From Planctomycetota bacterium (lineage in GTDB: Bacteria; Planctomycetota; UBA1135; UBA2386): DNA of 64,000 nt. The notes beneath the pieces were generated by a model, which worked only from the letters and a program-made list of their open reading frames with translations, did no database searches and was not told the origin of the DNA. This document shows, piece after piece, positions 39,131-49,114 of the stretch; position 1 is the first letter of the stretch, and the number at the start of each line of letters is the position of its first letter. The stretch lies in contig OZ245838.1 in NCBI GenBank assembly GCA_965228735.1, positions 1,472,001 through 1,536,000 on the forward strand. Direction: 5' to 3'. Both the position numbers and the translations under genes were made by a program.

Positions 39131-40149
39131 CGAGCGCCACCGCTTCCCCCGACACCGCCCCACGCGATCGCCGCAACGACCGCGGGAAGGAGAAGGACCG
39201 CCTCTGGCAGCGCGCGGTCGTGGGCGTGCTCAGCGCCTCGATCTGGCTCATCGGCGCGCTGCCGCCGCGGGTCGGCTACCTCGCGTTCGACGTGCTCGCG
39301 ATCGGCTGGTGGCTGTGCTTCCGCTTCAACGACCCGCGCGGCGAACGCAGCAAGGGCTACTGGCGCAACGTGCGCATCGCGTTCCGCCCGGGCTCGCCGC
39401 TCGGCGCCGAACGGCCTGAGCGCCACCTCTGGCGCTGGTCCCGCCACATCGCGCACGTCGTGACCGACTTCTGCCTCATGCGCCGGCTCGACCGCGACAA
39501 CCTCGAGCACTACGTCGACATGTCCGAGTACCCGCCGATCGCGGAGCTCTACGCCGAGGGCAAGGGCGTGATCTTCGCGACCGGTCACGTCGGCGCGTGG
39601 GACGTCGCGGGCGTCGGGGCGGGGCTCAAGGGTCTGCCGCTGACGTCGGTGTTCCGCCCGAGTCCGATCCCCGCGCTCAACCGCCTCATCGAACGGCTGC
39701 GCACCCGCACCGGGCAACGCGTCGTCGCGCGCAAGCGGGTCATGTACACGCTCAAGAAGGTGCTCAGCGAGGGCGGTGCGATCGGCCTGCTCTGCGACGG
39801 CGGCGGCAAGCACAGCGCCGTGACCGCGCCGTTCCTCGGCACGGTCGCCAAGACCGTCGCGACGCCCGCCGTGCTGCACCTGAGCTCGCGCGCGCCGATC
39901 GTCGTCGTCACCGTGATCCGCACCGGCTGCATGCGGTTCAAGCTGCGCGTCCACGACATCATCCGGGAGACGCCGAGCGGCGACCGCGACGACGACCTGC
40001 GCCGCATCATGACCCGGGTCAACGACGGCCTGACGGAGGCCGTCCGCGAGGCGCCCGAACAGTGGTTCTGGCAAGGTCGCCGCTTCCGGCATCGCCCGGC
40101 CGGCGAGACCCCCGGCCCCGACGGCCTGCCGCCGCTGGCCGACCGCTGA
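39127..40149 (+). CDS. Lipid A biosynthesis/lysophospholipid acyltransferase (LpxL/HtrB family)
   Basis: GVIFATGHVGAWD (HxxxxD), PFLG, PEQWFWQGRRF. Confidence 0.88.
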   Translation: MTSATASPDTAPRDRRNDRGKEKDRLWQRAVVGVLSASIWLIGALPPRVGYLAFDVLAIGWWLCFRFNDPRGERSKGYWRNVRIAFRPGSPLGAERPERHLWRWSRHIAHVVTDFCLMRRLDRDNLEHYVDMSEYPPIAELYAEGKGVIFATGHVGAWDVAGVGAGLKGLPLTSVFRPSPIPALNRLIERLRTRTGQRVVARKRVMYTLKKVLSEGGAIGLLCDGGGKHSAVTAPFLGTVAKTVATPAVLHLSSRAPIVVVTVIRTGCMRFKLRVHDIIRETPSGDRDDDLRRIMTRVNDGLTEAVREAPEQWFWQGRRFRHRPAGETPGPDGLPPLADR

Positions 40150-40228
40150 TCGCGTTCCCCCTGCCGTCGAATTCCCGCGGTGTCCCGGAAGCCTGCTTTC
40201 ACGGCTTCGTCTGCTATCGTCGATGGCC

Positions 40229-41584
40229 ATGACCCTGCTCGCGATCTCCACCCTCACGGTCGCCCTCGCGACGCCGCAGGACCCCGACGAGGTCCTGGCG
40301 CGCTACACCCTCGACGGCAAGCCCGCCGTCGTGACCCGCAGCGATGTCGCCGTCGAGATGGGGCTGCACCTGCGGCGCGATGACGTCGGCAAGCAGGCCT
40401 GCAAGGTGCTCGTCGACTCCGAACTGACCCGCCGGGAGGCCGCCCGCCTGAAGCTGCTGCCGACCGACGGTGAGGTCAAGGCGTTCTGGGAGCGACTGCA
40501 GCAGCAGCTGCGCGCCGCGGGGCGCGATCCGGGCTCGTTCGCCGCCGTCCGCAACTCGACCGAAGAAGAGTGGCTGCGCGACCTCGGCACCCAGCTCGCG
40601 CAGGAACGCCTCGTGCGCCACGCGCTCGACCTCGACGACGACGAGAGCGTCAGCGGCGACATGCTGCAGCTGTGGCTGACCCAGCATCGCAAGAAGCGCA
40701 CGATCGTCACGGACCCGCAGCAGCTGCCGCCCGGTGTCGCCGCGCGCGTCGACGGCCGCGAGCTGCCGATCCTCGACCTCGGACTGCTGCTGTTCCGCAC
40801 GAGCGAGGACGGCGAGCGCAACCGCTTCATCCGCCAGGTCGCCTACCTCAACTCGATCGAGGCCCTCGGCCGCAAAGTCGGCGTCGAGCTCCACCCGACG
40901 GACATCGACCGGGCGATCGACGAGCGGCGCCGCGACGCGCAGAGCGACCCGCGCTTCCGAGGCCTCACGTTCGAACAACTGCTCGAGACCCAGGGCCTCA
41001 CGCTCCAGTCCCTGACGCAGTCGCGCGTCTTTCGGGCGAAGGTCCTGCAGGACCTCATCGCGGCGGCGCAGAACCCGGACAAGAAGCTGAAGCAGCTGCT
41101 GGCCGACGACCGCGAAGCCATCGAGGCGCGGCTCGGCGCCCGTCGCAAGCTCGGCGTGATCTATCGCCGCGCGCTCGACGAGCCGAACGCGCTCGTGCCG
41201 CACGATTTCGAGGGCGCCGCGGAGTCGCTGACCCGCGTGAAGGGCCGCCTCGAGAAGGAGAAGTTCGACGTCGTCGCGCGGATCGAGACCGATGACCCGG
41301 CCGGCAAGGAGAAGGGCGGCGACATGGGCTGGCAGCACCGCGAGGCGCGGGCCGACGGTCGCGGCCTGCCGGCTGCCGTGCTCGAAGCGGCGTTCACGAC
41401 GAAGGCCGGCGAGGTCGCGGGCCCGATCCGAGCGCCGGACGGCTGCTATCTCGTGAAGGTGCTCGACATCGAACCTGCGCTTTCCGATGCCCAGCTCATG
41501 GAGCGTATGCGACGCGAAGCGTCCGACCGCCTGCAGCGCGAAGTCCTCGAGAACGCGGACCTTTCGTGGGGTGACGCGAAGTGA
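40229..41584 (+). CDS. Exported SurA/PrsA-like chaperone with a PpiC parvulin domain
   Basis: Signal peptide; FDVVAR...D....KGGDMGW, AAFTTKAGEVAGPIRAPDGCYLVKV. Start at 40229 or 40223. Confidence 0.82.
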   Translation: MTLLAISTLTVALATPQDPDEVLARYTLDGKPAVVTRSDVAVEMGLHLRRDDVGKQACKVLVDSELTRREAARLKLLPTDGEVKAFWERLQQQLRAAGRDPGSFAAVRNSTEEEWLRDLGTQLAQERLVRHALDLDDDESVSGDMLQLWLTQHRKKRTIVTDPQQLPPGVAARVDGRELPILDLGLLLFRTSEDGERNRFIRQVAYLNSIEALGRKVGVELHPTDIDRAIDERRRDAQSDPRFRGLTFEQLLETQGLTLQSLTQSRVFRAKVLQDLIAAAQNPDKKLKQLLADDREAIEARLGARRKLGVIYRRALDEPNALVPHDFEGAAESLTRVKGRLEKEKFDVVARIETDDPAGKEKGGDMGWQHREARADGRGLPAAVLEAAFTTKAGEVAGPIRAPDGCYLVKVLDIEPALSDAQLMERMRREASDRLQREVLENADLSWGDAK

Positions 41585-42363
41585 CGGCGGCGACCGACGC
41601 GCTCGAGTGGCAGGACGAGCCCGGCCTCCGCACCGCGACGACCACCGGCGCCGAACTGCTCCGGCACGTGCGCATGTGGCGCCCCGCGGAGCGCAACGAG
41701 ATCGTCACCGCCGACCACGAGACGGCCGCCGTGCTGCTGGCCGGCACGTTCGACCTGCTCGCGGGTCCACCCGCGGGCGACCGCACGTCGTGGCCGGCGC
41801 GCGGCGCACGCCAGACGCCGTTCGCCGGCCGCCCGATGGCCGTCTTCCTGCCGCCGGAGAGCGCGTTCGAGGCTCGAAACGGCACCGCGGACGGCGAGAT
41901 CCTGCTCTTCGGGGCGACGCAGCAACCGACCGACGAGGCGCCCAAGGAGGGCCGCGCTGCGTTGAGTCAGAGCCCGTTGCTGCCGCTCGCCGGCAGCGGC
42001 AAGTCGTTCGATCCGAACAGCGGCGAGTGGATGCCGGCCGAGACGTTCCCGACGTCGGCCGAGTCGCTGCCGCCGCGCCGCATGCGGCGCCGGCCCATCG
42101 GCGAGGTCGAGGTCGAGCGCGTGTTCACCAGCGACTACAAGGCCGCGACGTTGACCGTCGACGAGGCCGTGCTGCAGCCCGGGCAGCAGCTCGCGATCGC
42201 CGCGATCGACGACCGCCCCGCGCATCGTGAGCTCGTCGTCTTCTGCCGCGACGAGGCGGGCGACCGCGCGCACTTCGTGCCGACGCCGGACGGCGCGACC
42301 GATCTCGTGCTGCAGGCGACGGCCGGACCGCTCTACGTCGCGATCGCCTACGCCGGCAAGTAG
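41581..42363 (+). CDS. IolB/KduI-like cupin protein, divergent
   Basis: ETAAVLLAG...W...GARQTPFAGRPMAVFLPP resembles the IolB N-terminal half; the C-terminal His motif is absent. Confidence 0.6.
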   Translation: MTAATDALEWQDEPGLRTATTTGAELLRHVRMWRPAERNEIVTADHETAAVLLAGTFDLLAGPPAGDRTSWPARGARQTPFAGRPMAVFLPPESAFEARNGTADGEILLFGATQQPTDEAPKEGRAALSQSPLLPLAGSGKSFDPNSGEWMPAETFPTSAESLPPRRMRRRPIGEVEVERVFTSDYKAATLTVDEAVLQPGQQLAIAAIDDRPAHRELVVFCRDEAGDRAHFVPTPDGATDLVLQATAGPLYVAIAYAGK

Positions 42364-42369
42364 TCGAGC

Positions 42370-43284
42370 TCAGTTCGCGTCCGCGGCCGCGGCGCCGCGC
42401 GCCACCGTCACCGCACCGGCGCCGGCGCCGGCGAGGCTGAGCTTCGTGCCGACGCCCTGAAAGTCGGTCGGCAGGTAGCCGAGTCCGAACCGCAGATCGC
42501 GCCCGGGCACCGGCACCGCATGCATCACGCGCCCGACCGGCAGATCGTCCTCGACCTCGTGCAGCGGCACCGGCTCGGTGATCGGCTCACCGGCCGGCAG
42601 GTGCAACAGACAGAGTCGCCGGTTGGTGTGCCCGTAGGTGTGGATGCGCGCGACGATCTCCTGACCCGTGTAGCAGCCCTTCGTCGTCGAGCAGTGATCG
42701 TCGAGGTCGGCCTCGAGCGCGAGCGTCGTCGGCTCGCTCTCGACGCCGACGCGCACGAACCCGGCCGCCATGCGCAGGCACTCGCCGAGCTCGGGACTCA
42801 TCGCCGCGCCGTCGAGGTTCGGCAAGGCGGCGCTCGGACCGTGCAGGCGAACGAACCCGACGCCGTGCCGCGCGATGACGAAACGCCGCCCGCCACTCGG
42901 TGCCGGCACGTTGGTATCGACGACCGCCGCATCCCCGACGAGCTCGCGACAACCGAACCCGTCGGGCACGACGAACGCGAGCTGCTCCGTGAAGTGATAG
43001 CGATCGAGCAGTTCGACGAGCTTGTCGTGCTGCTCGCTCGCGGTCTCGAGCCAGAACGACTCGCCGTCGCGCTGCACGAGGCAGGTGACGAGCAGCTTGC
43101 CCTTGCCGTCGAGGAACGCCGCGGGTGCGGTCGCCCCGGGCTGCAGCGCGAGCACGTCGGCCGAGCACAACCGCTGCAGGTAGTCGCCGGCGTCCGGACC
43201 GCGCACCTCGAGCAGGCGGAACGGCGCGTCGGACCGCTGGAACGGTCCGTCCTGGAGCAGGGCGGTGGTGATCGGGTCGGGCAT
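42370..43284 (-). CDS. ygfZ: YgfZ/Iba57 folate-dependent Fe-S maturation factor
   Basis: Signature KGCYTGQE; VRGPDAGDYLQ; FLDGKGK. Confidence 0.92.
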   Translation of the reverse strand: MPDPITTALLQDGPFQRSDAPFRLLEVRGPDAGDYLQRLCSADVLALQPGATAPAAFLDGKGKLLVTCLVQRDGESFWLETASEQHDKLVELLDRYHFTEQLAFVVPDGFGCRELVGDAAVVDTNVPAPSGGRRFVIARHGVGFVRLHGPSAALPNLDGAAMSPELGECLRMAAGFVRVGVESEPTTLALEADLDDHCSTTKGCYTGQEIVARIHTYGHTNRRLCLLHLPAGEPITEPVPLHEVEDDLPVGRVMHAVPVPGRDLRFGLGYLPTDFQGVGTKLSLAGAGAGAVTVARGAAAADAN

Positions 43285-43415
43285 GTCGGTCGACTCTTGT
43301 TCGGTGAAGCGCAAGCGGCCCGCGAATCGGGCAACCGCCCGAACCGGCGATGGCAGGCCAGGATCGGGATGGTCTCAGAATGCGCCTCGATCCGGGGCGA
43401 TTTCAAGCCGATGCG

Positions 43416-43444
43416 TTGAAAGAGCCCCAATCTGGGTCTACTTT
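43416..43444 (+). promoter_or_regulatory. Sigma-70-like promoter of the isc operon with an overlapping imperfect inverted repeat
   Basis: TTGAAA-N17-TACTTT; AGCCCCA-ATC-TGGGTCT (43423-43439) lies across the spacer. Confidence 0.6.
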
Positions 43445-43462
43445 ACGGCACCGGACTCCACG

Positions 43463-43984
43463 ATGCTCCGAATCTCCAAGAAGGCCGACTACGCCGTGTT
43501 CCTGCTCGGCGCGATTGCCCGCGAAGGCGCCTATCCGGGCGGCTCCGCGGCCGATTCGGTCGTGAGCGCGCACGAGATCGCTTCGGGCTGCGGGCTCAAC
43601 AAGTCCGTCGTCGCCAACCTCCTCAAGGAGTTTGCGCGCGCCGGCCTGCTCGATTCGGTGCGCGGCCTGCGCGGCGGCTACCGCCTCGTGCGGGCGCCGC
43701 AGGACATCTCGCTACGGCAGATCCTCGAGGTCGTGGAAGGCAAGTTCGAGCTCGTCGACTGCATCTCGAGCGGCCACGCGCCGGTGACGGACTCGGGGGC
43801 TGACTCGGGGGCGGGCGCCGACACCGAGAGCGGTCACACCGAAGAGTGCGCCCTGCTCGACATCTGCCCCAGCCGCAGCCCGATGCGGGTCGTGCACGAC
43901 CGCATCCGCGACCTGTTCGACGGCATCGATCTCGCGGAGCTCTGCCGCCTGCCGTCTGCAACCTCCTCCGAGCTGTCTCACTGA
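43463..43984 (+). CDS. Rrf2 family transcriptional regulator heading the isc operon
   Basis: MLRISKKADYA, SVRGLRGGYRL...ISLRQILEVVEG; three Cys (VDC...EEC...DIC). Confidence 0.92.
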   Translation: MLRISKKADYAVFLLGAIAREGAYPGGSAADSVVSAHEIASGCGLNKSVVANLLKEFARAGLLDSVRGLRGGYRLVRAPQDISLRQILEVVEGKFELVDCISSGHAPVTDSGADSGAGADTESGHTEECALLDICPSRSPMRVVHDRIRDLFDGIDLAELCRLPSATSSELSH

Positions 43985-44060
43985 ACGACTTGGCTCACTG
44001 AACGACTTGGCTCACTGAACGACTTGGCTCACTGAACGACTTGGCCCACTGAACGACTGG
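43977..44060. repeat. 17-bp tandem repeat CTCACTGAACGACTTGG x4 plus one degenerate copy
   Basis: Units at 43977, 43994, 44011, 44028 and 44045; the first contains the Rrf2 stop codon. Confidence 0.97.
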
Positions 44061-44081
44061 CAAGTTGACCGAATTGGCCCG

Positions 44082-45296
44082 ATGAAGACCCCGATCTACC
44101 TTGATTACAGCGCAACCACGCCGTGCGACCCGCGGGTCGTGGAGCGCATGCTGCCGTTCTTCACCGACACGTTCGGCAACTCGGCGAGCCGCAGCCACGC
44201 GTTCGGCTGGACCGCGGAGGCCGCGATCGACGAGGCGCGCAAGCACGTCGCGAAGCTGATCGGCGCGCACCCGAAGGAGATCATCTGGACGAGCGGCTCG
44301 ACCGAGGCGAACAACCTCGCGATCAAGGGCGCCGCCGAGATGTACGCCAAGAAGGGCAAGCACATCATCACGACGGGCATCGAGCACAAGGCCGTGATCG
44401 ACCCGTTCAAGCACCTCGAGACCGAGGGCTACCGGGTCACGTGGCTGCCCGTCGACGGCAACGGTCACATCGACCTGCAGGCGCTCGAGGCCGCGATCAC
44501 GGACGAGACGATCCTCGTGTCGCTGATGACGGCCAACAACGAGATCGGCACGATCCATCCGATCGAGCAGATCGGCGCGATCTGTAAAGCGAAGGGCACG
44601 CTGTTCCACACCGACGCGACGCAGGCCGCCGGGCGGATCCCGCTCGACGTCGAGGCGCAGCACGTCGACCTGATGTCGATCTCGGCGCACAAGATGTACG
44701 GGCCGAAGGGCGTCGGCGCGCTCTACGTGCGCCGCAAGAACCCGCGCGTTCGCCTCACGGCGCAGATGGATGGCGGCGGTCATGAACGCGGCATGCGCTC
44801 GGGCACGCTCAACGTGACCGGCATCATCGGCATGGGCGAAGCCGCGCGCATCGCCACCGAGGAGATGGCCGCCGAGGTCCCGAAGATCGCGGCACTGCGC
44901 GACCGCCTCGAGAACAGGATTCGTCAGGGCCTGCCCGACGCCGTGATCAACGGCGACCCGGAGCACCGGCTGCCGACGCTGACCAACATCTCGTTCCCGT
45001 ACGTCGAGGGCGAGAGCCTCATCATGGGCGTCAAGGAGCTCGCGGTCTCGTCGGGCTCGGCGTGCACGTCCGCGAGCCTCGAGCCGAGCTACGTGCTCAA
45101 GGCGCTCGGACTCGGCGACGAGCTCGCGCACAGCAGCATCCGATTCTCGCTCGGACGCTTCACCACCGAAGAAGAAGTCGACTTCGCCGCCGATCGCATC
45201 GTCGCCGAGGTCACCCGCCTGCGGGAAATGTCCCCGCTGTGGGAGATGGTCCAGGAAGGCGTCGACCTCTCGAAGGTCAAGTGGACCGTTCACTAG
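44082..45296 (+). CDS. iscS: Cysteine desulfurase IscS
   Basis: [54 protein letters not shown]. Confidence 0.97.
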   Translation: MKTPIYLDYSATTPCDPRVVERMLPFFTDTFGNSASRSHAFGWTAEAAIDEARKHVAKLIGAHPKEIIWTSGSTEANNLAIKGAAEMYAKKGKHIITTGIEHKAVIDPFKHLETEGYRVTWLPVDGNGHIDLQALEAAITDETILVSLMTANNEIGTIHPIEQIGAICKAKGTLFHTDATQAAGRIPLDVEAQHVDLMSISAHKMYGPKGVGALYVRRKNPRVRLTAQMDGGGHERGMRSGTLNVTGIIGMGEAARIATEEMAAEVPKIAALRDRLENRIRQGLPDAVINGDPEHRLPTLTNISFPYVEGESLIMGVKELAVSSGSACTSASLEPSYVLKALGLGDELAHSSIRFSLGRFTTEEEVDFAADRIVAEVTRLREMSPLWEMVQEGVDLSKVKWTVH

Positions 45297-45320
45297 CAGA
45301 CACACCGATTCGAACCAACG

Positions 45321-45746
45321 ATGGCATACAGCGACAAGGTCCTCGATCACTACCAGAACCCGCGCAACGTCGGCTCGCTCGACAAGGACGATCCGAACGT
45401 CGGCACGGGCGTCGTCGGCGCGCCCGAATGCGGCGACGTCATGAAGCTGCAGATCAAGGTCGACGACACCGGCAACATCACGGACGCCAAGTTCAAGACC
45501 TATGGCTGCGGCTCGGCGATCGCCTCGTCGTCGCTCGCAACCGAGTGGCTCAAGGGCTCGACCGTCGACAGTGCTTCCAACATCAAGAACACGCAGATCG
45601 TCGAGGAGCTGTCGCTCCCGCCGGTCAAGATCCACTGCTCGGTGCTCGCCGAGGACGCGATCAAGGCCGCGATCGAGGACTGGCGCAGCAAGCACGGCGA
45701 CGCAGCTGCGCCGGCCGCGGCCGGTGACGAAGCTGCGAGGCAGTAG
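45321..45746 (+). CDS. iscU: Fe-S scaffold IscU
   Basis: YSDKVLDHY.NPRNVG, GAPECGD, GCGSAIA, LPPVKIHC. Confidence 0.97.
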   Translation: MAYSDKVLDHYQNPRNVGSLDKDDPNVGTGVVGAPECGDVMKLQIKVDDTGNITDAKFKTYGCGSAIASSSLATEWLKGSTVDSASNIKNTQIVEELSLPPVKIHCSVLAEDAIKAAIEDWRSKHGDAAAPAAAGDEAARQ

Positions 45747-45761
45747 ACCCGGAGGGATGTC

Positions 45762-46205
45762 ATGACTGAGACCAACGACGACACCGCTGGCGGCAAGGTC
45801 GACGGCACGAATACGGACGGCGTGGCGACCACCGAAGGCGCCATTCCCGAACCGATCACCCCGAAGGAGGGCCGCGGCATCCACCTCACGGAGCGGGCAG
45901 CCAAGGAGATCGAGCGCGTGATCACCGAGCAGAAGTTCGGCGACAACGTCTGGGTCCGCGTCGGCGCCAAGGGCGGCGGCTGTTCGGGCTTCAGCTACGT
46001 GCTCGACTTCGATCAGAACGGGCCGACCGAGTTCGATATCGCGTACGTGATGCACGGCGTGAACTACTGCGTCGACAAGAAGAGCGAGTTCTTCATGGGC
46101 GGCACGACGCTCGACTTCAACGACGGGCTGCTCGACCGCGGCTTCACGTTCAAGAACCCGCAGGCCAGCGGCACGTGCGGCTGCGGCACGTCGTTCTCCG
46201 CGTAG
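45762..46205 (+). CDS. iscA: A-type Fe-S carrier IscA
   Basis: GGCSGFSY, NP...TCGCGTSF. Confidence 0.95.
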   Translation: MTETNDDTAGGKVDGTNTDGVATTEGAIPEPITPKEGRGIHLTERAAKEIERVITEQKFGDNVWVRVGAKGGGCSGFSYVLDFDQNGPTEFDIAYVMHGVNYCVDKKSEFFMGGTTLDFNDGLLDRGFTFKNPQASGTCGCGTSFSA

Positions 46206-46271
46206 GCCCCGCGCCGCGCAGACCCCATCGCCGCGTAAACCACCTCTGAACGCCGGCCGCCCCCACCGCCC

Positions 46272-46772
46272 GTGATCCACGTCCCTGCCCCCGATCCGTT
46301 CGCCGTCTTCGCGCTGCCACGCAGCCTCGACGTCGACGAACGCGAACTCGAGAAAAAGTACCTGCAGCTCTCGCGCGAGTGCCACCCCGACCACAACCGC
46401 GCGCAGGACACCGACGATTGCGCCGCCGTGCTGCAACGTGCGGCCGAGATCAACGACGCGTTCAAGGTGCTGCGGGATCCGTGGCAACGCGCCCGGGCGC
46501 TGCTCGAGGCCGAGAGCCCCGGCGCCCTCGACCGGAACAAGAAGCTCGACCCGATGTTCCTCGCCGAGGCGCTCGAGCTCGCGGAGGAGGTCGCGTTCGC
46601 GAGCGGCGACGCGATCCCGCCGCTGCGGAAGAAACTGAAGCTGGCGCTGAAAGAAGACTTCGCCGCCGTGCAGGCCGCGCTCGCGACCGGCGACCACGAC
46701 GGTGCCGCGAAGCGCATTCACGGCTCGCACTACCACAGCAAGGCCCTGAAGGACCTGGAGGCGCGGCAATGA
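46272..46772 (+). CDS. hscB: Co-chaperone HscB
   Basis: J-domain [16 protein letters not shown]; operon position. Confidence 0.9.
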   Translation: MIHVPAPDPFAVFALPRSLDVDERELEKKYLQLSRECHPDHNRAQDTDDCAAVLQRAAEINDAFKVLRDPWQRARALLEAESPGALDRNKKLDPMFLAEALELAEEVAFASGDAIPPLRKKLKLALKEDFAAVQAALATGDHDGAAKRIHGSHYHSKALKDLEARQ

Positions 46773-48706
46773 CCGACGCCACTTCGGACCAGGCCGCGGA
46801 ACCGGCGCCGAAATCCCGGCTCGTTCTCGGCATCGACCTCGGGACGACGAACAGCCTGGCCGCGATCCGGGCCGGCGGCAAACCGCCGCACGTGCTCCGC
46901 AGCCAGGACGGTGAACCGCTCATCCCGTCGATCGTCTGCTTCCACCCGGACGGCACGACGCGTCTCGGAACCGAGGCGAAGGCGCTGCGGCTCGAGCATC
47001 CGGACCGGACGGTGTTCTCGATCAAGCGCCTCATCGGCAAGTCCTTCGCGGATGCCGAGGCGGACAGCAAGGCGCTGCCCTACCGGATCGTCCGTGGCGA
47101 CCGCGGCCTGCCGCGGATTCGGATCGGCGACGGCGAGAGCGCCGCCGAGCACGCCCCCGAGGAGATTTCCGCGCTCGTTCTCCGCGAGGTCAAGCGCACC
47201 GCCGAGCAGGCGCTCGGTCAGGACGTGCACGAGGTCGTCGTCACCGTGCCGGCCTGGTTCGACGACGCGCAGCGCCAGGCGACCAAGGACGCGGCCGCGC
47301 TCGCCGGCCTCGAGTGCGTGCGGATCCTCAACGAGCCGACGGCGGCGGCGCTCGCCTACGGCATCGACGGTCGCAACGACGGCACGGTCCTCGTCTACGA
47401 CCTCGGCGGCGGCACGTTCGACGTGTCCGTGCTGCGGATCGAGGACGGCGTGTTCCGCGTGCTCTCGACGGCCGGCGACACGCACCTCGGCGGTGACGAC
47501 TTCGACGCGTTGCTCGGCCGCACCATTCTCGCGGCGCTGCCCGACGGCGCGCAGGAGTCGGTTGCGGGCGACCCCTACGTGCGGCAGGCGATCAAGAAGG
47601 CCGCCGAGGGCCTCAAGATCCGGCTCAGTGAGAGCGACGAGGCCGACCTCGTGCTCGACCTCGGAGACCGGGGCTCGGCAACCGTGCACGTGACGCGATC
47701 CGAGTTCGAAGCCGCAATCGCGCCGCTCGTGCAGCGCACGCTCGACTGCGTGAAGCGCGCGGTAGCCGACGCCGACCTCGAGCTCGAGGAGATCGACGAC
47801 GTCGTGCTCGTCGGCGGCAGCACGCGCGTGCCGCTCGTCAGAAAGCGCATCGAGACGCTCTGCGGCAAGCCGCCGCACACCCACGTCGACCCCGACCAGG
47901 CGGTCGCGCTCGGCGCGGCAATCCAGGCCGACGTGCTCGCGGGCAACGACAAGTCGCTGCTGCTGCTCGACGTGATCCCGCTGTCGCTCGGCATCGAGAC
48001 GCTCGGCGGCGCCGTGCAGAAGCTCATCCTGCGCAACAGCACGATCCCGACGAGCGTCAGCGAAGAGTTCTCGACGGGCGTCGACGGCCAGGTCTCGGTC
48101 GATCTGCGGATCTTCCAGGGCGAACGCGAGCTCGCGGAGGACTGCCGCCAGCTCGGCGAGTTCAAGCTCACGGGCATCCCGCCGATGCCGGCCGGGCTGC
48201 CCCGCATCAACGTCACCTTCCTCGTGGACGCCGACGGGGTCCTGCGCGTCACGGCGCGCGAGCAGCGCACGGGCGCGCAGGCGGAGATCCGCATCGTCCC
48301 GTCATTCGGCCTCACGCGCGACGAGGTCCGGCGCATGATGCTCGAGTCGCTCGAGCACGCACAGAGTGACTACGAGAAGCGCGAGGCGATCGAGGTCCGC
48401 GGCAAGGCCGAGGCGATGGTGCGCGGCACGAAGCGCGCGCTCGAGATGGCCGAGCTGCCGCCGGACCAGACCTTCGCCGTGCAGAAGGCCGTGAAGGGAC
48501 TCGAGAAGCTGCTCGCGGCCGAGGTCGACGCACGAGCACTTGGTCAAGGCTGCGACGACCTCACGAAGGTCACGGCGACGATCGCCGACGACGTGATCAG
48601 CTCCGCCGTGACGAAGGCGCTGCGCGAGGAGCAGGCCCAGCAGCGAACGCAACAGCAGGAACAGCAGCCGACTCAGAAGCAGACGCAGGACCAGAACGAC
48701 GCATGA
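46769..48706 (+). CDS. hscA: Hsp70 chaperone HscA
   Basis: [50 protein letters not shown] 46769 overlaps the hscB stop. Confidence 0.93.
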   Translation: MTDATSDQAAEPAPKSRLVLGIDLGTTNSLAAIRAGGKPPHVLRSQDGEPLIPSIVCFHPDGTTRLGTEAKALRLEHPDRTVFSIKRLIGKSFADAEADSKALPYRIVRGDRGLPRIRIGDGESAAEHAPEEISALVLREVKRTAEQALGQDVHEVVVTVPAWFDDAQRQATKDAAALAGLECVRILNEPTAAALAYGIDGRNDGTVLVYDLGGGTFDVSVLRIEDGVFRVLSTAGDTHLGGDDFDALLGRTILAALPDGAQESVAGDPYVRQAIKKAAEGLKIRLSESDEADLVLDLGDRGSATVHVTRSEFEAAIAPLVQRTLDCVKRAVADADLELEEIDDVVLVGGSTRVPLVRKRIETLCGKPPHTHVDPDQAVALGAAIQADVLAGNDKSLLLLDVIPLSLGIETLGGAVQKLILRNSTIPTSVSEEFSTGVDGQVSVDLRIFQGERELAEDCRQLGEFKLTGIPPMPAGLPRINVTFLVDADGVLRVTAREQRTGAQAEIRIVPSFGLTRDEVRRMMLESLEHAQSDYEKREAIEVRGKAEAMVRGTKRALEMAELPPDQTFAVQKAVKGLEKLLAAEVDARALGQGCDDLTKVTATIADDVISSAVTKALREEQAQQRTQQQEQQPTQKQTQDQNDA

Positions 48707-49041
48707 CCGAGATCCGTCTCTCCATTGCCGGCGACGATCGCCCCCTCACCCTCGCGGTCGGCCAGACCATTCTCGAGGCCGCGCTCGCCCAGGGGGTCGA
48801 TCTCGACCACGCGTGCGGTGGTGTCTGCGCGTGTTCGACGTGCCACGTCAAGATCACGAGCGGCACGGAGTGCTTCAGTGCGGCCACCGAGGACGAGGAG
48901 GATCAACTCGACGAAGCGCGCGACGTCGATCTGACCTCGCGACTCGGTTGCCAGGCGCGCCTGCTGCGCGCGCCCAGCAACGGCGTCGTCGAGATCCGCA
49001 TCCCGGAGTGGAACGTCAACGCGGTCCGCGAAGGCCACTGA
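48703..49041 (+). CDS. fdx: ISC-type 2Fe-2S ferredoxin
   Basis: [13 protein letters not shown]...SRLGCQ. Confidence 0.95.
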   Translation: MTEIRLSIAGDDRPLTLAVGQTILEAALAQGVDLDHACGGVCACSTCHVKITSGTECFSAATEDEEDQLDEARDVDLTSRLGCQARLLRAPSNGVVEIRIPEWNVNAVREGH

Positions 49042-49114
49042 TGTGCAATTCTCTCCACGGCGAGTGGAGAGATCCGTCGGTGTCGGATTCGTTCCGGCCC
49101 GGTAGAGTCGGCGC

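Noticed and set aside
43977..44060. Possible CRISPR array
   Set aside because: Units are directly adjacent with no spacers, are only 17 bp, and no cas genes are present
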